Below, piece after piece: positions 9,346-18,727 of a stretch of 64,000 nucleotides of DNA. Each line of letters begins with the position of its first letter. Positions within the stretch are counted from its first letter, which is position 1. Below the pieces are notes generated by a model. It searched no databases. It worked only from the letters and a program-made list of their open reading frames with translations, and was not told where the DNA came from. Source of the stretch: Chloroflexota bacterium (GTDB lineage: Bacteria > Chloroflexota > Dehalococcoidia > SM23-28-2 > RBG-16-64-32); assembly GCA_036732045.1 (NCBI GenBank), contig DAINDD010000002.1, positions 16,089-80,088 of the forward strand. The letters run 5' to 3'. The translations under genes were made by a program, and so were the position numbers.

Positions 9346-11579
9346 AGGGCGACCGCGGCCGCTTTTCGGTGCGCATACCGCGGCCGATTCGGTCCGAGGC
9401 CGGCGTCGCTGTCAAACAGCCCGTTCCGTCCGACGGAGAGAGCACGGCTTCCCGAACGTCGTCGGCATCGGCTGCGCCGGCACGACCAGCCGAGCCCAAG
9501 GATCTACACACGCGGATCGTCGTACCGCGCCAACAACGCTCGACTGAACGCGAGTTTCTTCCAGGGACCGAGCTGCGCGAAGTACGCTACGGCGCCGCCT
9601 CTCGCGGGCCCTATCTGCGAGTCTTGCGACACCAGCCGTTCACGCGGCCGGGCGGCGGCTATCTCCAAGCGACGATCGAGTCGAGCCAGCCTCGCGGTCG
9701 TCTAGAGCGCGCCGTCGCGATCGTCAAGCGCGCTGCGCTCGGCACCCCGTTCGCGACGGCCCGGTTGGCTCACGAGCGCCTGACGAAGGTACGCGCGCTG
9801 GGGGTCTTCTCATCCGACCCCCTCTCCTCCGCAGCGTACAGCGCAGAGGAGATCATGCTTGTCCTGCTGCTCGCCGGTACGGGCGCGCTCTATCTGACCC
9901 TGCCAATCACAGGGGCCCTCCTGGCGCTGCTCTGGACCGTGCGGCTCTCCTATATCCAGACGATCAAAGCTTACCCGAACGGCGGCGGCGCCTACATCGT
10001 CGCCCATGAGAACCTTGGGGTTACGCCAGCCCTTATCGCCGCAGCCGCATTGCTCGTGGACTACGTGCTGACGGTCTCGGTGAGCGTGGCGGCGGGTATT
10101 GCCGCGATAACCTCCGCGGCACCGGCGCTCTACAGCCTGCGGGTTGAGCTGGCGGTGCTGGCGATCGCCGTCATCACCTGGGGCAACTTGCGCGGGATTC
10201 GGGAGTCTGGCGCCATCTTCGGACTGCCCACCTATTTCTTCATCGTGACGTTCTCGACGATGATCCTGGTCGGCCTGGTAAAGCTCGCAATCGGCGACGC
10301 GCCGGGCACGCTGCTTCACTCTGCACCGACCACACAGCAAACAGTAGCGGTAAGCGGACTGAGCGTGTTCCTCGTCCTGCGTGCCTTCTCGTCGGGTGCT
10401 GCCGCGGTGACCGGCATCGAGGCGATATCAAACGGCGTGCCGGCGTTCAAGCCGCCGGAGCCACGTAATGCCCAAATCACGATGCAGTGGGAAGCCGCCT
10501 TTCTTGGCGTATTTCTGCTTGGCGTCGCCCTTCTCGCCACTCGCTACGGGATCGTCCCCAGGCCTGACGAGACAATGGTGTCTATCCTGGGGCGAGAAGT
10601 TCTGGGGAAGAATGTGCTGTACTACGCCTACCAGGTGGGGACGGCCGGCGTACTCTTGCTCGCCGCTAACACCGCTTATGCCGATTTCCCGCGATTGAGT
10701 GCCATCCTGGCGCGGGACCGGTTCGCACCGAGGCAGTTGGCGTTCCGGGGCGATCGGCTGGCGTTCTCGAACGGCATCATGTTCCTGGGAGCGACCGCCG
10801 CAGTCTTGCTCATTATCTTTCAAGCCGAGGTCACGAAGCTAATTCCGCTCTACATTCTGGGCGTGTTCATCTCGATGACGCTGTCCCAGTCCGGGATGGT
10901 CCGGCACTGGCTTCGCTTACGCGAGCGCGGTTGGCGGATGAGCCTCGCTCTAAACGGATTCGGCGCGGTGGCGACCTTCGTCGTGGTCTTGATCGTCGGC
11001 GCGACGAAGTTCACAGAGGGCGCCTGGATCTCAGTGCTCGCGATGCTCGCTCTGTTCATTGTGTTCACGCTGATCCACCGCCATTACGAGTGGTTCCAGC
11101 GACGCATCCGGATTGATGAGACCGCACCGACCGGGCCCACAACGGCATCGGTGGAGCTGTCCCGCGAACGCGTGATCATACCAGTCGACGATGTCAACCG
11201 GATCACAATGAACGCCGTCCAGGTCGCGCGTGAGATTTCGGACAACGTGACGGCGGTGCACATTACGGACGACACCGAGGAGGCGACCGCCGTCGGAGAG
11301 CGGTGGAAGCGAGCAGCGCCTGATATTCCGTTGCAGGTGATCGAGTCGCCCTACCGTTCGTTCACGGCGCCGCTTCTGGCATACGTTGAGTCCATAGCGG
11401 GCGCGGCCGGCGAGGTGCCGGGGCAGAAGGTCGTGGTTATTTTGCCGACATTCGCCCCGAGGCACTGGTGGGAGCGTGTACTTCACAACCGCGACGTCTT
11501 GCGCCTCAAGCCTTTCCTGAAGGCGAACGACGCCGTGCGCGTCATCGAATGCCCTTATCGGCATGACCGCCCGACCTAG
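9342..11579 (+). CDS. APC-superfamily permease with a C-terminal cytoplasmic domain (KimA-like K+ transporter candidate)
   Basis: 745 aa. Low-complexity N-terminal extension, about 12 TM segments (APC fold), roughly 170-aa soluble C-terminus. Architecture resembles KimA/YdaO. Confidence 0.65.
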   Translation: MKGDRGRFSVRIPRPIRSEAGVAVKQPVPSDGESTASRTSSASAAPARPAEPKDLHTRIVVPRQQRSTEREFLPGTELREVRYGAASRGPYLRVLRHQPFTRPGGGYLQATIESSQPRGRLERAVAIVKRAALGTPFATARLAHERLTKVRALGVFSSDPLSSAAYSAEEIMLVLLLAGTGALYLTLPITGALLALLWTVRLSYIQTIKAYPNGGGAYIVAHENLGVTPALIAAAALLVDYVLTVSVSVAAGIAAITSAAPALYSLRVELAVLAIAVITWGNLRGIRESGAIFGLPTYFFIVTFSTMILVGLVKLAIGDAPGTLLHSAPTTQQTVAVSGLSVFLVLRAFSSGAAAVTGIEAISNGVPAFKPPEPRNAQITMQWEAAFLGVFLLGVALLATRYGIVPRPDETMVSILGREVLGKNVLYYAYQVGTAGVLLLAANTAYADFPRLSAILARDRFAPRQLAFRGDRLAFSNGIMFLGATAAVLLIIFQAEVTKLIPLYILGVFISMTLSQSGMVRHWLRLRERGWRMSLALNGFGAVATFVVVLIVGATKFTEGAWISVLAMLALFIVFTLIHRHYEWFQRRIRIDETAPTGPTTASVELSRERVIIPVDDVNRITMNAVQVAREISDNVTAVHITDDTEEATAVGERWKRAAPDIPLQVIESPYRSFTAPLLAYVESIAGAAGEVPGQKVVVILPTFAPRHWWERVLHNRDVLRLKPFLKANDAVRVIECPYRHDRPT

Positions 11580-11648
11580 CATCATCCCATAGCGGACCGG
11601 TCGGTGCGCTCGGCTCACCAGGAAAAGCGAGCAGCGTGTTGCCCGCGC

Positions 11649-12251
11649 TCAATACTCGACGACGACATCAAACGCCGAAAGCAGTGACATTGCCTCTGGG
11701 TAAGAGAATTTCGCCTTCTTAGCCTTGTTGGCGGTGAGATCGATCGCATAGCCTTTCGCGCCGACGAAGTTTGCACCGCTGAGGTTGGTGTGCAGAAACT
11801 TGGCGCCGGTAAAGTCGGTCCGCTGGCAATCAGCTCCCGTCAGGTCGGCTTCCGAAAAATCGACTTCCAGCCCGCTGCAGTTGGACAGTCTCTTGAGCCT
11901 GAGGCCAAAGAAGCTCGAGTAGTCCAGCGCACACCGGTCGAAGGCTGCGGAGAACAGTAGCCGATCAGTCTTTGTAGAGCCAACGACTGTCCAATCAACG
12001 CCGGCCAGTTTCGAGTCGAGAAACTCCACGTCCACGAACCGGCAGTTCGGCGCGCTGAGAAGGCTCAGGTCGCAGGCCATAAACTTGCAATTGGTGAACC
12101 GGCAGTGGGAGAGTGCAGCCTCCGTCAGGATGCATCTCTCGAACGTGCAAGAGTCGAAATCGCTGGATGTAATCCGGACGCCCGGCAATTCGGCGCCCTT
12201 GAAGGTTACTCGTATATGGTTCTGGTGGCTTTCGGACAGCTCCACAGACAT
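11649..12251 (-). CDS. pentapeptide-repeat protein, Qnr/McbG/MfpA-like
   Basis: 200 aa. Two blocks of A(D/N)LxG pentapeptide repeats and a Qnr-like C-terminus (EAMSLLSAFDVVVEY compared with Qnr ...ASLLMERLGIAVIG). GC is lower than the neighbours. Confidence 0.7.
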   Translation of the reverse strand: MSVELSESHQNHIRVTFKGAELPGVRITSSDFDSCTFERCILTEAALSHCRFTNCKFMACDLSLLSAPNCRFVDVEFLDSKLAGVDWTVVGSTKTDRLLFSAAFDRCALDYSSFFGLRLKRLSNCSGLEVDFSEADLTGADCQRTDFTGAKFLHTNLSGANFVGAKGYAIDLTANKAKKAKFSYPEAMSLLSAFDVVVEY

Positions 12252-12331
12252 ATTGTAGGTGCAAGAAGTGCCGTCGCCGCGCCGGTGACGACGGGTGGCC
12301 CCTGATGGAATACTATTGCAAGGGAGACTGA

Positions 12332-13054
12332 ATGGTTCTCGGGAGGGTGGCTGAATCCCAGCGCGAGGAAGCGCCGCGTGTCCTTATCGTGGACGACGAC
12401 GAGTCGCTGCTCGCCGCCCTGGACCTGGCGCTGACGCGTCGCGGGTTCCGCATCGTCACGGCAAGGGAGGCCGGCGAAGCCTTCGGACGCCTGGAAGACG
12501 CCGGGCAAGTCGACTTGATAGTGCTGGACGTGATGATGCCCGGCATGGACGGCGTCACCCTCTGCCGCTTGCTGCGCGACAGGACGTCAACGCCGATGCT
12601 GATGCTGACCGCCCGCGACGCCGTCGCTGACCGCATCGCGGGACTGGAAGCGGGAGCAGACGACTACTTGCAGAAGCCGTTCGACCTGGACGAGCTGGTC
12701 GCGCGGCTGCTGGCGCTGCGCCGACGGGCGCTTCGGAACCAGGGCCCCGAAGGCGTCGAGCGCACCTACGAAGACATCACGCTGGACTCGCGCACCTGGT
12801 CGGCGCGCCGGGCCGGCCGGAACCTGGGCTTGACACCGACGGAGTTTCGCATCCTGGAGCAGTTGCTGCAGTCGCCGGAATCCGTGCGCAGGCGTGAGGA
12901 CCTGATGCGCGCGATTTGGGGAGAGAACTGGGTGGAGGCGGATTCCGGCACGCTGGAGGTGCACATCGCCAACCTCAGACAGAAACTGGAGCGCGGCGGT
13001 GGCTCGCGGCTGATCCACACGATCCGCGGCGTCGGCTACGTGCTGAAAGCGTAA
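12332..13054 (+). CDS. OmpR-family response regulator
   Basis: Receiver + trans_reg_C (VLIVDDDES, DVMMPGMDG, GVGYVLK). Confidence 0.9.
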   Translation: MVLGRVAESQREEAPRVLIVDDDESLLAALDLALTRRGFRIVTAREAGEAFGRLEDAGQVDLIVLDVMMPGMDGVTLCRLLRDRTSTPMLMLTARDAVADRIAGLEAGADDYLQKPFDLDELVARLLALRRRALRNQGPEGVERTYEDITLDSRTWSARRAGRNLGLTPTEFRILEQLLQSPESVRRREDLMRAIWGENWVEADSGTLEVHIANLRQKLERGGGSRLIHTIRGVGYVLKA

Positions 13055-13057
13055 GCG

Positions 13058-14458
13058 ATGTCGTTGCGGCTGCGGCTGACGTTCCTCTGCGTGGCCCTGG
13101 TGGCGGTCGTCATCGCCGGGTTCGCCGTGACGACGTATTTCATAGCACGGCACCGGATCTACAGCAGCTTCGACGATAGCCTCACCGCGCAGGCCAACGC
13201 GATCCTGGGGCTGCTGCCGGCCGGCACGCTCTCGGAGCCGCTGGTGCAGGGCCGGCGCCTGGAACTCGATCAGCAAGCGGCCGCAGGGGCGCTCTTCCAG
13301 ATCAGGACGACCGACGGCAACGTGCTCTACTCTTCCTTCCGCGGCTCGCCTGCACTGCTGCCGCGGAGCAAATCGCTCGATGTCCAGGCGTTCTTCGAAG
13401 GCAACGTTGCCGGTGGGCATTTGCGGTTCCTGTATCTGCCCGTCGACACACCGGACCACAACGGCGGCAGCATTGAGGTGGGCCGCTCAACGAACGAGAC
13501 GTTCGAAGCTCTATCGGAGATGCTGTACGCGCTTGTGGCGGGCAGCGTGCTTGCGCTGTTCCTGACGTTTGTGCCTGCCTACTACATCGCTGGACGGGCC
13601 CTTCGCCCGATCCGCGATGTCTCGCGCCTGGCCCGGCGGATCGAGCGCACCGGCGACTTCAGCCAGCGGTTGCAAGACCGTAAGACGAGCGACGAGACGG
13701 GCGAGCTAATCGCGACGTTCAACGAGATGATCGAGCGCGTCGACCAGACACTCGTCGCGCAGACGGAGTTCCTCGCCGACTCGTCCCACGAGATGCGTCG
13801 TCCGCTGACGATCCTCCGCACTAACCTCGACATCTTGCGCGATCCGGGGCTGCCCGCCGCCGACCGGGCGGCCTGCCTGGAGCGCATGTCCCGAGAGGCA
13901 CACGCGATGAGCGCCCTCGTCGGCGATCTCCTGCTCCTGACCCGCGACAAGACGCAGTCGTTGCAGCGCGTTCACGTAGATTTCTCGCGGCTCTGCGCAG
14001 ATGAGGTCTCGCGCATAGGCTTTGCGGACGGACAAGCGCCCATCGAACCGGACATCGAGCCGGGGCTGGTCGTGATCGGCGACGAAGAGCGGCTGCGCCA
14101 GGTGGTGAAGAATCTGCTCGAGAATGCGGTGAAGTACACTCCGAAAGACGGCCAGGTCCGCCTCCGATTGCACGGCGACGGCGACAACGTCCGTCTCGAA
14201 GTACAGGACACGGGCATCGGCATCCCGGAGGCCGAGCTGGCGCGCATCTTTGACCGCTTCTATCGAGGCACCGAGGCCCGCTCGATGCACGGTGAAGGCG
14301 TCGGGCTTGGCCTGGCGATCGTCAAGTACGTTGTCGAAGGCCACGGCGGTTCGATCAGTGCGTCCGCATCGCCGGGCGGCGGAGCGACGTTCGCTGTAGT
14401 GCTGCCGCGAGGGCCGGTGGTGTCAGAACCTCTTACGGATTTGTTGGCCGTCTCTTAA
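13058..14458 (+). CDS. sensor histidine kinase (TM + HAMP + HisKA + HATPase_c)
   Basis: H-box SHEMRRPLT, N-box LLENAVKYT, G-boxes DTGIGIP and GVGLGLAI. Start is 4 nt after the RR stop. Confidence 0.9.
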   Translation: MSLRLRLTFLCVALVAVVIAGFAVTTYFIARHRIYSSFDDSLTAQANAILGLLPAGTLSEPLVQGRRLELDQQAAAGALFQIRTTDGNVLYSSFRGSPALLPRSKSLDVQAFFEGNVAGGHLRFLYLPVDTPDHNGGSIEVGRSTNETFEALSEMLYALVAGSVLALFLTFVPAYYIAGRALRPIRDVSRLARRIERTGDFSQRLQDRKTSDETGELIATFNEMIERVDQTLVAQTEFLADSSHEMRRPLTILRTNLDILRDPGLPAADRAACLERMSREAHAMSALVGDLLLLTRDKTQSLQRVHVDFSRLCADEVSRIGFADGQAPIEPDIEPGLVVIGDEERLRQVVKNLLENAVKYTPKDGQVRLRLHGDGDNVRLEVQDTGIGIPEAELARIFDRFYRGTEARSMHGEGVGLGLAIVKYVVEGHGGSISASASPGGGATFAVVLPRGPVVSEPLTDLLAVS

Positions 14459-14566
14459 TGCTTCCTTAGGGTTTGGAAACAGCCTTCGCCCGTAACCTTC
14501 AATTGAGGCTTCCCTCGTATCGTTATAGCCTCTGAACAAATGGCTGAGGAGCAGGGAGGGGCTGGT

Positions 14567-15712
14567 ATGAAAGTACCCCCAGCGGCCGTCTACTTCCCGG
14601 AGGAAGACAAACCGCAGATCGCCGCACGCATCATCGAATGTCTGGAAAGCGGAGCACTGACGCTCGGCAAGTACGGGCGCCAGCTGGAGGAAGAGTTCGC
14701 GCGGCTCTGCGACGTCCCTTACGCCGTCGCCGTCAACAGCGGCACCAGCGCGCTGGAGATCATCCTGCGTGCGATCGGCGTCGAAGGGCGCGAGGTGATC
14801 GTGCCCAGCAACACCTTCTTCGCCACGGCGGCCGCGGTCCAGCATGCCGGCGGCCGCGTGCGCTTCGCCGATTGCGACCCGGACACCTTCGCGCTCGACG
14901 TGCAGAGCCTGCGCTCAAACCTGAACGCAAATACGGCGGCCGTAATCCTCGTCCACATCGGCGGCATCATCACGCCGCGCATCCGCGAGATCGAGAAGAT
15001 CTGCCGGCAGGTCGGCGTGCCGCTGGTCGAGGACGCGGCCCACGCGCACGGCTCGACACTGGAAGGCCGCCCGGCGGGCAGCTTCGGTCTGGCGGCGGCG
15101 TTCTCGTTCTACCCGACGAAGGTGATGACCAGCGGCGAAGGCGGCATCATAACGACGCGCGACGAGGCGATCCACCGTGAAGCGATGATCTATCGCGACC
15201 AGGGCAAGGAAGGGTTCACCACCAACTACCACGTTCGCCTGGGTTACAACTGGCGGATGAGCGAGCCCCACGCCGTGATCGGCCTCGCGCAGATGGCGCG
15301 CCTGCCCGAGTTTATCGCGAGGCGACAGGAGATCGCGGCGGAGTACGACGCCGGCATCGGCGCCCTGCGCGACCACATCCGGCCCGTGCGGCCGACGCGT
15401 GGCTCCGTCAGCAACTACTACAAGTACATGGCGATGATCGACGGCGTCGACCGCGCCGACCTCAAGCGCACGATGCGCGAGCAGTTCGACGTCGGCCTGA
15501 GCGGCGAGGTGTACGAGACGCCATGTCACTTGCAGCCGATCTTCGCCCAGTTCCTGGACGGCCCGCTGCCCCAGGCCGAGAAGATCTGCGCGGGCCACAT
15601 CTGCCTGCCGGTCTCCGCCAAGATGACCCTTGAGGACGCGCGTTACGTGCTGACATCGCTGGGCGCGGCGCTTGAGTCGCTCAAAGCGACGCCCGTAGAG
15701 GTGGGAGGCTAG
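14567..15712 (+). CDS. DegT/DnrJ/EryC1/StrS-family PLP-dependent sugar aminotransferase (ArnB-like)
   Basis: Family signature around the PLP lysine (FSFYPTKVMTSGEGG). GGAGG RBS before the ATG at 14567. Confidence 0.9.
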   Translation: MKVPPAAVYFPEEDKPQIAARIIECLESGALTLGKYGRQLEEEFARLCDVPYAVAVNSGTSALEIILRAIGVEGREVIVPSNTFFATAAAVQHAGGRVRFADCDPDTFALDVQSLRSNLNANTAAVILVHIGGIITPRIREIEKICRQVGVPLVEDAAHAHGSTLEGRPAGSFGLAAAFSFYPTKVMTSGEGGIITTRDEAIHREAMIYRDQGKEGFTTNYHVRLGYNWRMSEPHAVIGLAQMARLPEFIARRQEIAAEYDAGIGALRDHIRPVRPTRGSVSNYYKYMAMIDGVDRADLKRTMREQFDVGLSGEVYETPCHLQPIFAQFLDGPLPQAEKICAGHICLPVSAKMTLEDARYVLTSLGAALESLKATPVEVGG

Positions 15713-15713
15713 C

Positions 15714-16661
15714 GTGCGAGTTGGAGTAACGGGAGCCTCCGGTTTCATCGGGTCGCACGTGGTCGACGCGCTTATCGAAGCTGGCCACGAGGTCGCCGTG
15801 ATCGATCTGCGCGCGCCGCACCGTCCCGACGTTGAGCACCGCGAGGCGAGCATTCTGGACAGCGCGGCGATGAATGATGCCGTCGCCGGCCTCGCCGCGC
15901 TCTTCCACCTGGCCGCCGTCGCCGACGTCAACGATGTCGTCGCCGACCCGGTCGCCGCGATCGAGCTTAACGTCACGGGCACAGTCCGCGCGCTGGAAGC
16001 GGCGCGCAAGAACGGCGTCAAGCGCTTCTTGCTGGCCAGCACGGTCTGGGTCTACTCCTCGATCCCGCCGATGGATGGGGACACCGTGGACGAGACCGCG
16101 CTCGTCGACCCGGCCGCCGTTCGTCACGTCTACACGACATCGAAGGTCGCGGCGGAGATGCTCTGCCACGACTACTGGAACATGCACAAGCTCCCGTTCA
16201 CAGTTCTGCGTTACGGGATCCCCTACGGCCCGCGCATGCGGTTCTCTCTCGTCATCCCGGTCTTCGTGCGCAAAGCCTTGCGCGGCGAGGCGCTGACGCT
16301 GAGCGGGGACGGCAGCCAGCACCGCAAGTTCGTCTACGTGGAAGACCTGGCGCGGGCGCACGTGCTCGCGCTGGGCGACGCGGCGCAGAACCAGACGTAC
16401 AACCTGGACGGCGCTGAGAAGATCAGCATTCTCCGCATCGCTGAGACCGTCCTCCGCCTGACCGGCGCCGACCGGCCGATCGAGTTCATGCCCGCCCGTG
16501 CGGGCGATTACACCGGCAAGGACGTTGTCAGCGAGAAGGCGGCGCGGGAACTGGGCTGGGCGCCGCAGATCGACTTCGACGAAGGAATGAGGCGCACTGT
16601 GCCGTGGCTGGTCGAGCGGATTCGCGCGGGGGAGGAGACGGCAGCGGCGACTCCGCGATGA
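15714..16661 (+). CDS. NAD-dependent epimerase/dehydratase (SDR, GalE/ArnA-decarboxylase-like)
   Basis: VGVTGASGFIGSHVV Rossmann motif, YxxxK (YTTSK). GTG start right after the upstream stop. Confidence 0.85.
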   Translation: MRVGVTGASGFIGSHVVDALIEAGHEVAVIDLRAPHRPDVEHREASILDSAAMNDAVAGLAALFHLAAVADVNDVVADPVAAIELNVTGTVRALEAARKNGVKRFLLASTVWVYSSIPPMDGDTVDETALVDPAAVRHVYTTSKVAAEMLCHDYWNMHKLPFTVLRYGIPYGPRMRFSLVIPVFVRKALRGEALTLSGDGSQHRKFVYVEDLARAHVLALGDAAQNQTYNLDGAEKISILRIAETVLRLTGADRPIEFMPARAGDYTGKDVVSEKAARELGWAPQIDFDEGMRRTVPWLVERIRAGEETAAATPR

Positions 16662-18727
16662 CGATGCTTCAACGGGCGCCGGAAGCGCGCCCCAAAGCGA
16701 CGGGCCCCCGCAGAATCGCCGTCGTGCCTGTCTTCAACGAAGAGCCCACCGTCGTTGGCGTTCTTGAAGAGCTCCTGACGCTGGTCGACGAGATCGTCGT
16801 CGTCGATGACGGCTCAACCGACCGCTCGCGCGAGGTGATCCTCGACTGGTCGCTGGGACGCCAGCACGTACACACGATCCTCTTCAACCAGAACCAGGGC
16901 CTCTCCTCTGCGTACTTCGCAGCGTTCCGGGAGATCGGCGCCAGGCTGCACGCCGGGGAGCTGGCAGGTGACGATCTCGTGATCACCGTCGACGCCGACG
17001 GCCAGCACGACCCGACCGACCTCGATCGCCTTGCGGCGCGCGTGACCGAGGACGGCTACGACGCGGCCATCGCCCGCCGTGACATGTCCGGTTACAGCTT
17101 TGTCAAGCGCGCCGGCAACGGCTTGCTTTCGGTTTGGGCGTCGGTCTGGGCGGGGACGCGCCTCTACGATGTCGAGTCTGGATTCCGGGTATTTCGCGCC
17201 GGCCCGCTGGTGGAGGCTCTGCGGTACTACCACGGCTTTCGCTACAGCGAGACGGTGGAGGTCGCCGTCGTCCTGCCGCGTCTCGGGTACCGCATCGCCA
17301 ACGACGTCAGCGTGCCGGTGCCGGTGCAGCGCTCGCGGACGCGGATCAGCGACGGCATTATCGATGCGCTGGCGATGATTGGCGCCTGGTGGCGCGTTGT
17401 CGCCGGACGGCACAAGCCGGCGGACATGCCGGCCTGGTCGATGTACGTCGTGCCGGTGCTGGCGCTGCTGGCGCTTCTCTTCGGCGCTGGCGATATCCTG
17501 GCTCATCGGCTCTTCCTTGCCTCCGACTCGATGCACAACTACGCGCACATCTGGTACCTCAGCGATCAGATCTTCCACCACGCCACCATCCCGATCCACG
17601 TCTCGTTGCTGGACAGCGGCAAGGCTGCGACGTTCCCCTACGCGATCGGGCCGTACCTAGCCGGGGCGTTGATCTACCCGATCTTCGGGAACTGGGCCGT
17701 GAGCCTGCTGATGGCGATCGCGGTTGTCGGCACGGTCTGGGCGGCGGGCGTCGTCCGGCCGGCCATGCGCGACCCGTGGCTCATCGCGCTGTTCGTGCTC
17801 AACCCCTTCTTCATCGATGCCGCGTTCAGTTTTCAGTTCGCGTCGCTCTGGTCCGCCCTCTTCTTCTTTCTGTTCGTCCGCGCGTTCGAGCGGCAACAGG
17901 CAGTGCCCGCGGCCCTGCTCCTTTGGCTCTGCGTTAGCAGCCAGCCGGTGATGGGATCGCTGGCGGCCGGCGTCTACGGGCTGGCGATTCTCGCCCTGCA
18001 CCGGGAGCGCTTTGGCCGGTTGCTGATGATCGGCGCGCCCGTCGGCCTCGCTCTAATCCCGATCTACTGGATGACGTTGATGACCCCGTCGCTCTCCGAC
18101 AACACGGCTGCCTTCGTGCGCAGTACGGCGGGCTCGATCGCCGCGCGCGGGACGTTCTTCGCCGCCCCGTTCGCCCTTAGCGCTGCGGCCCCGCTCCTGC
18201 GGCGCTACTACCGGCCGGCGTTGTCGTTCGGAGTCGTATCGGCGGTCGTCGGCGTGCTTTTTATGGGTGGGATCATCCGCTTCTACCGCTCGCCCAGCGG
18301 CTACTACGGCGTCCTGCACGACAGCAGCGACGTCTATGCGCAGTACTTCGCTTCGCCGGCATTTCAGGCTGGCGCGACGTACAGAGTGCTGGAGCCGAGC
18401 GAGCGCGAGGACGGGATGTACCGCTTTATCCAGCACCGGGCGGTGCTCTCCAATGAGTTCTTTACGGAAAGCACGATGTTCCGCAACTGGAGCACCGATC
18501 AGTACGGCTGTTACGCGGCGTACAAAGGGATTGACTACGTGGTTGTGGAGCGCGCCTGGGAGGAGCGTAGCCACCTGAACGAGGGCCACCTCTTGCAGTC
18601 GCTGGTCAGCAGCGGTAGCGCCAGCGTTTCTTACACCGATCCGGGCGGGCGCTTCGTGGTCTACAATATCCAACCGTTCGTCTCCGTACGGCAGAAGCCC
18701 GCGGCGCTCTCCGGGTGTTCGCTCTGA
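16658..18727 (+). CDS. GT2 polyprenyl-phosphate sugar synthase-like domain (ArnC/DPM1/GtrB type) fused to a large polytopic membrane domain plus a soluble C-terminal domain
   Basis: N-terminus IAVVPVFNEE...VVVDDGSTDRS...VDADGQHDP (GT-A, DxD). Then about 10 predicted TM helices and a roughly 150-aa C-terminal soluble part. Start ATG overlaps the epimerase stop. Confidence 0.8.
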   Translation: MTMLQRAPEARPKATGPRRIAVVPVFNEEPTVVGVLEELLTLVDEIVVVDDGSTDRSREVILDWSLGRQHVHTILFNQNQGLSSAYFAAFREIGARLHAGELAGDDLVITVDADGQHDPTDLDRLAARVTEDGYDAAIARRDMSGYSFVKRAGNGLLSVWASVWAGTRLYDVESGFRVFRAGPLVEALRYYHGFRYSETVEVAVVLPRLGYRIANDVSVPVPVQRSRTRISDGIIDALAMIGAWWRVVAGRHKPADMPAWSMYVVPVLALLALLFGAGDILAHRLFLASDSMHNYAHIWYLSDQIFHHATIPIHVSLLDSGKAATFPYAIGPYLAGALIYPIFGNWAVSLLMAIAVVGTVWAAGVVRPAMRDPWLIALFVLNPFFIDAAFSFQFASLWSALFFFLFVRAFERQQAVPAALLLWLCVSSQPVMGSLAAGVYGLAILALHRERFGRLLMIGAPVGLALIPIYWMTLMTPSLSDNTAAFVRSTAGSIAARGTFFAAPFALSAAAPLLRRYYRPALSFGVVSAVVGVLFMGGIIRFYRSPSGYYGVLHDSSDVYAQYFASPAFQAGATYRVLEPSEREDGMYRFIQHRAVLSNEFFTESTMFRNWSTDQYGCYAAYKGIDYVVVERAWEERSHLNEGHLLQSLVSSGSASVSYTDPGGRFVVYNIQPFVSVRQKPAALSGCSL

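Noticed and set aside
14915-16042. 375-aa minus-strand ORF
   Set aside because: Antisense to the DegT aminotransferase and epimerase genes. Arg/Ala-rich translation with no domain.
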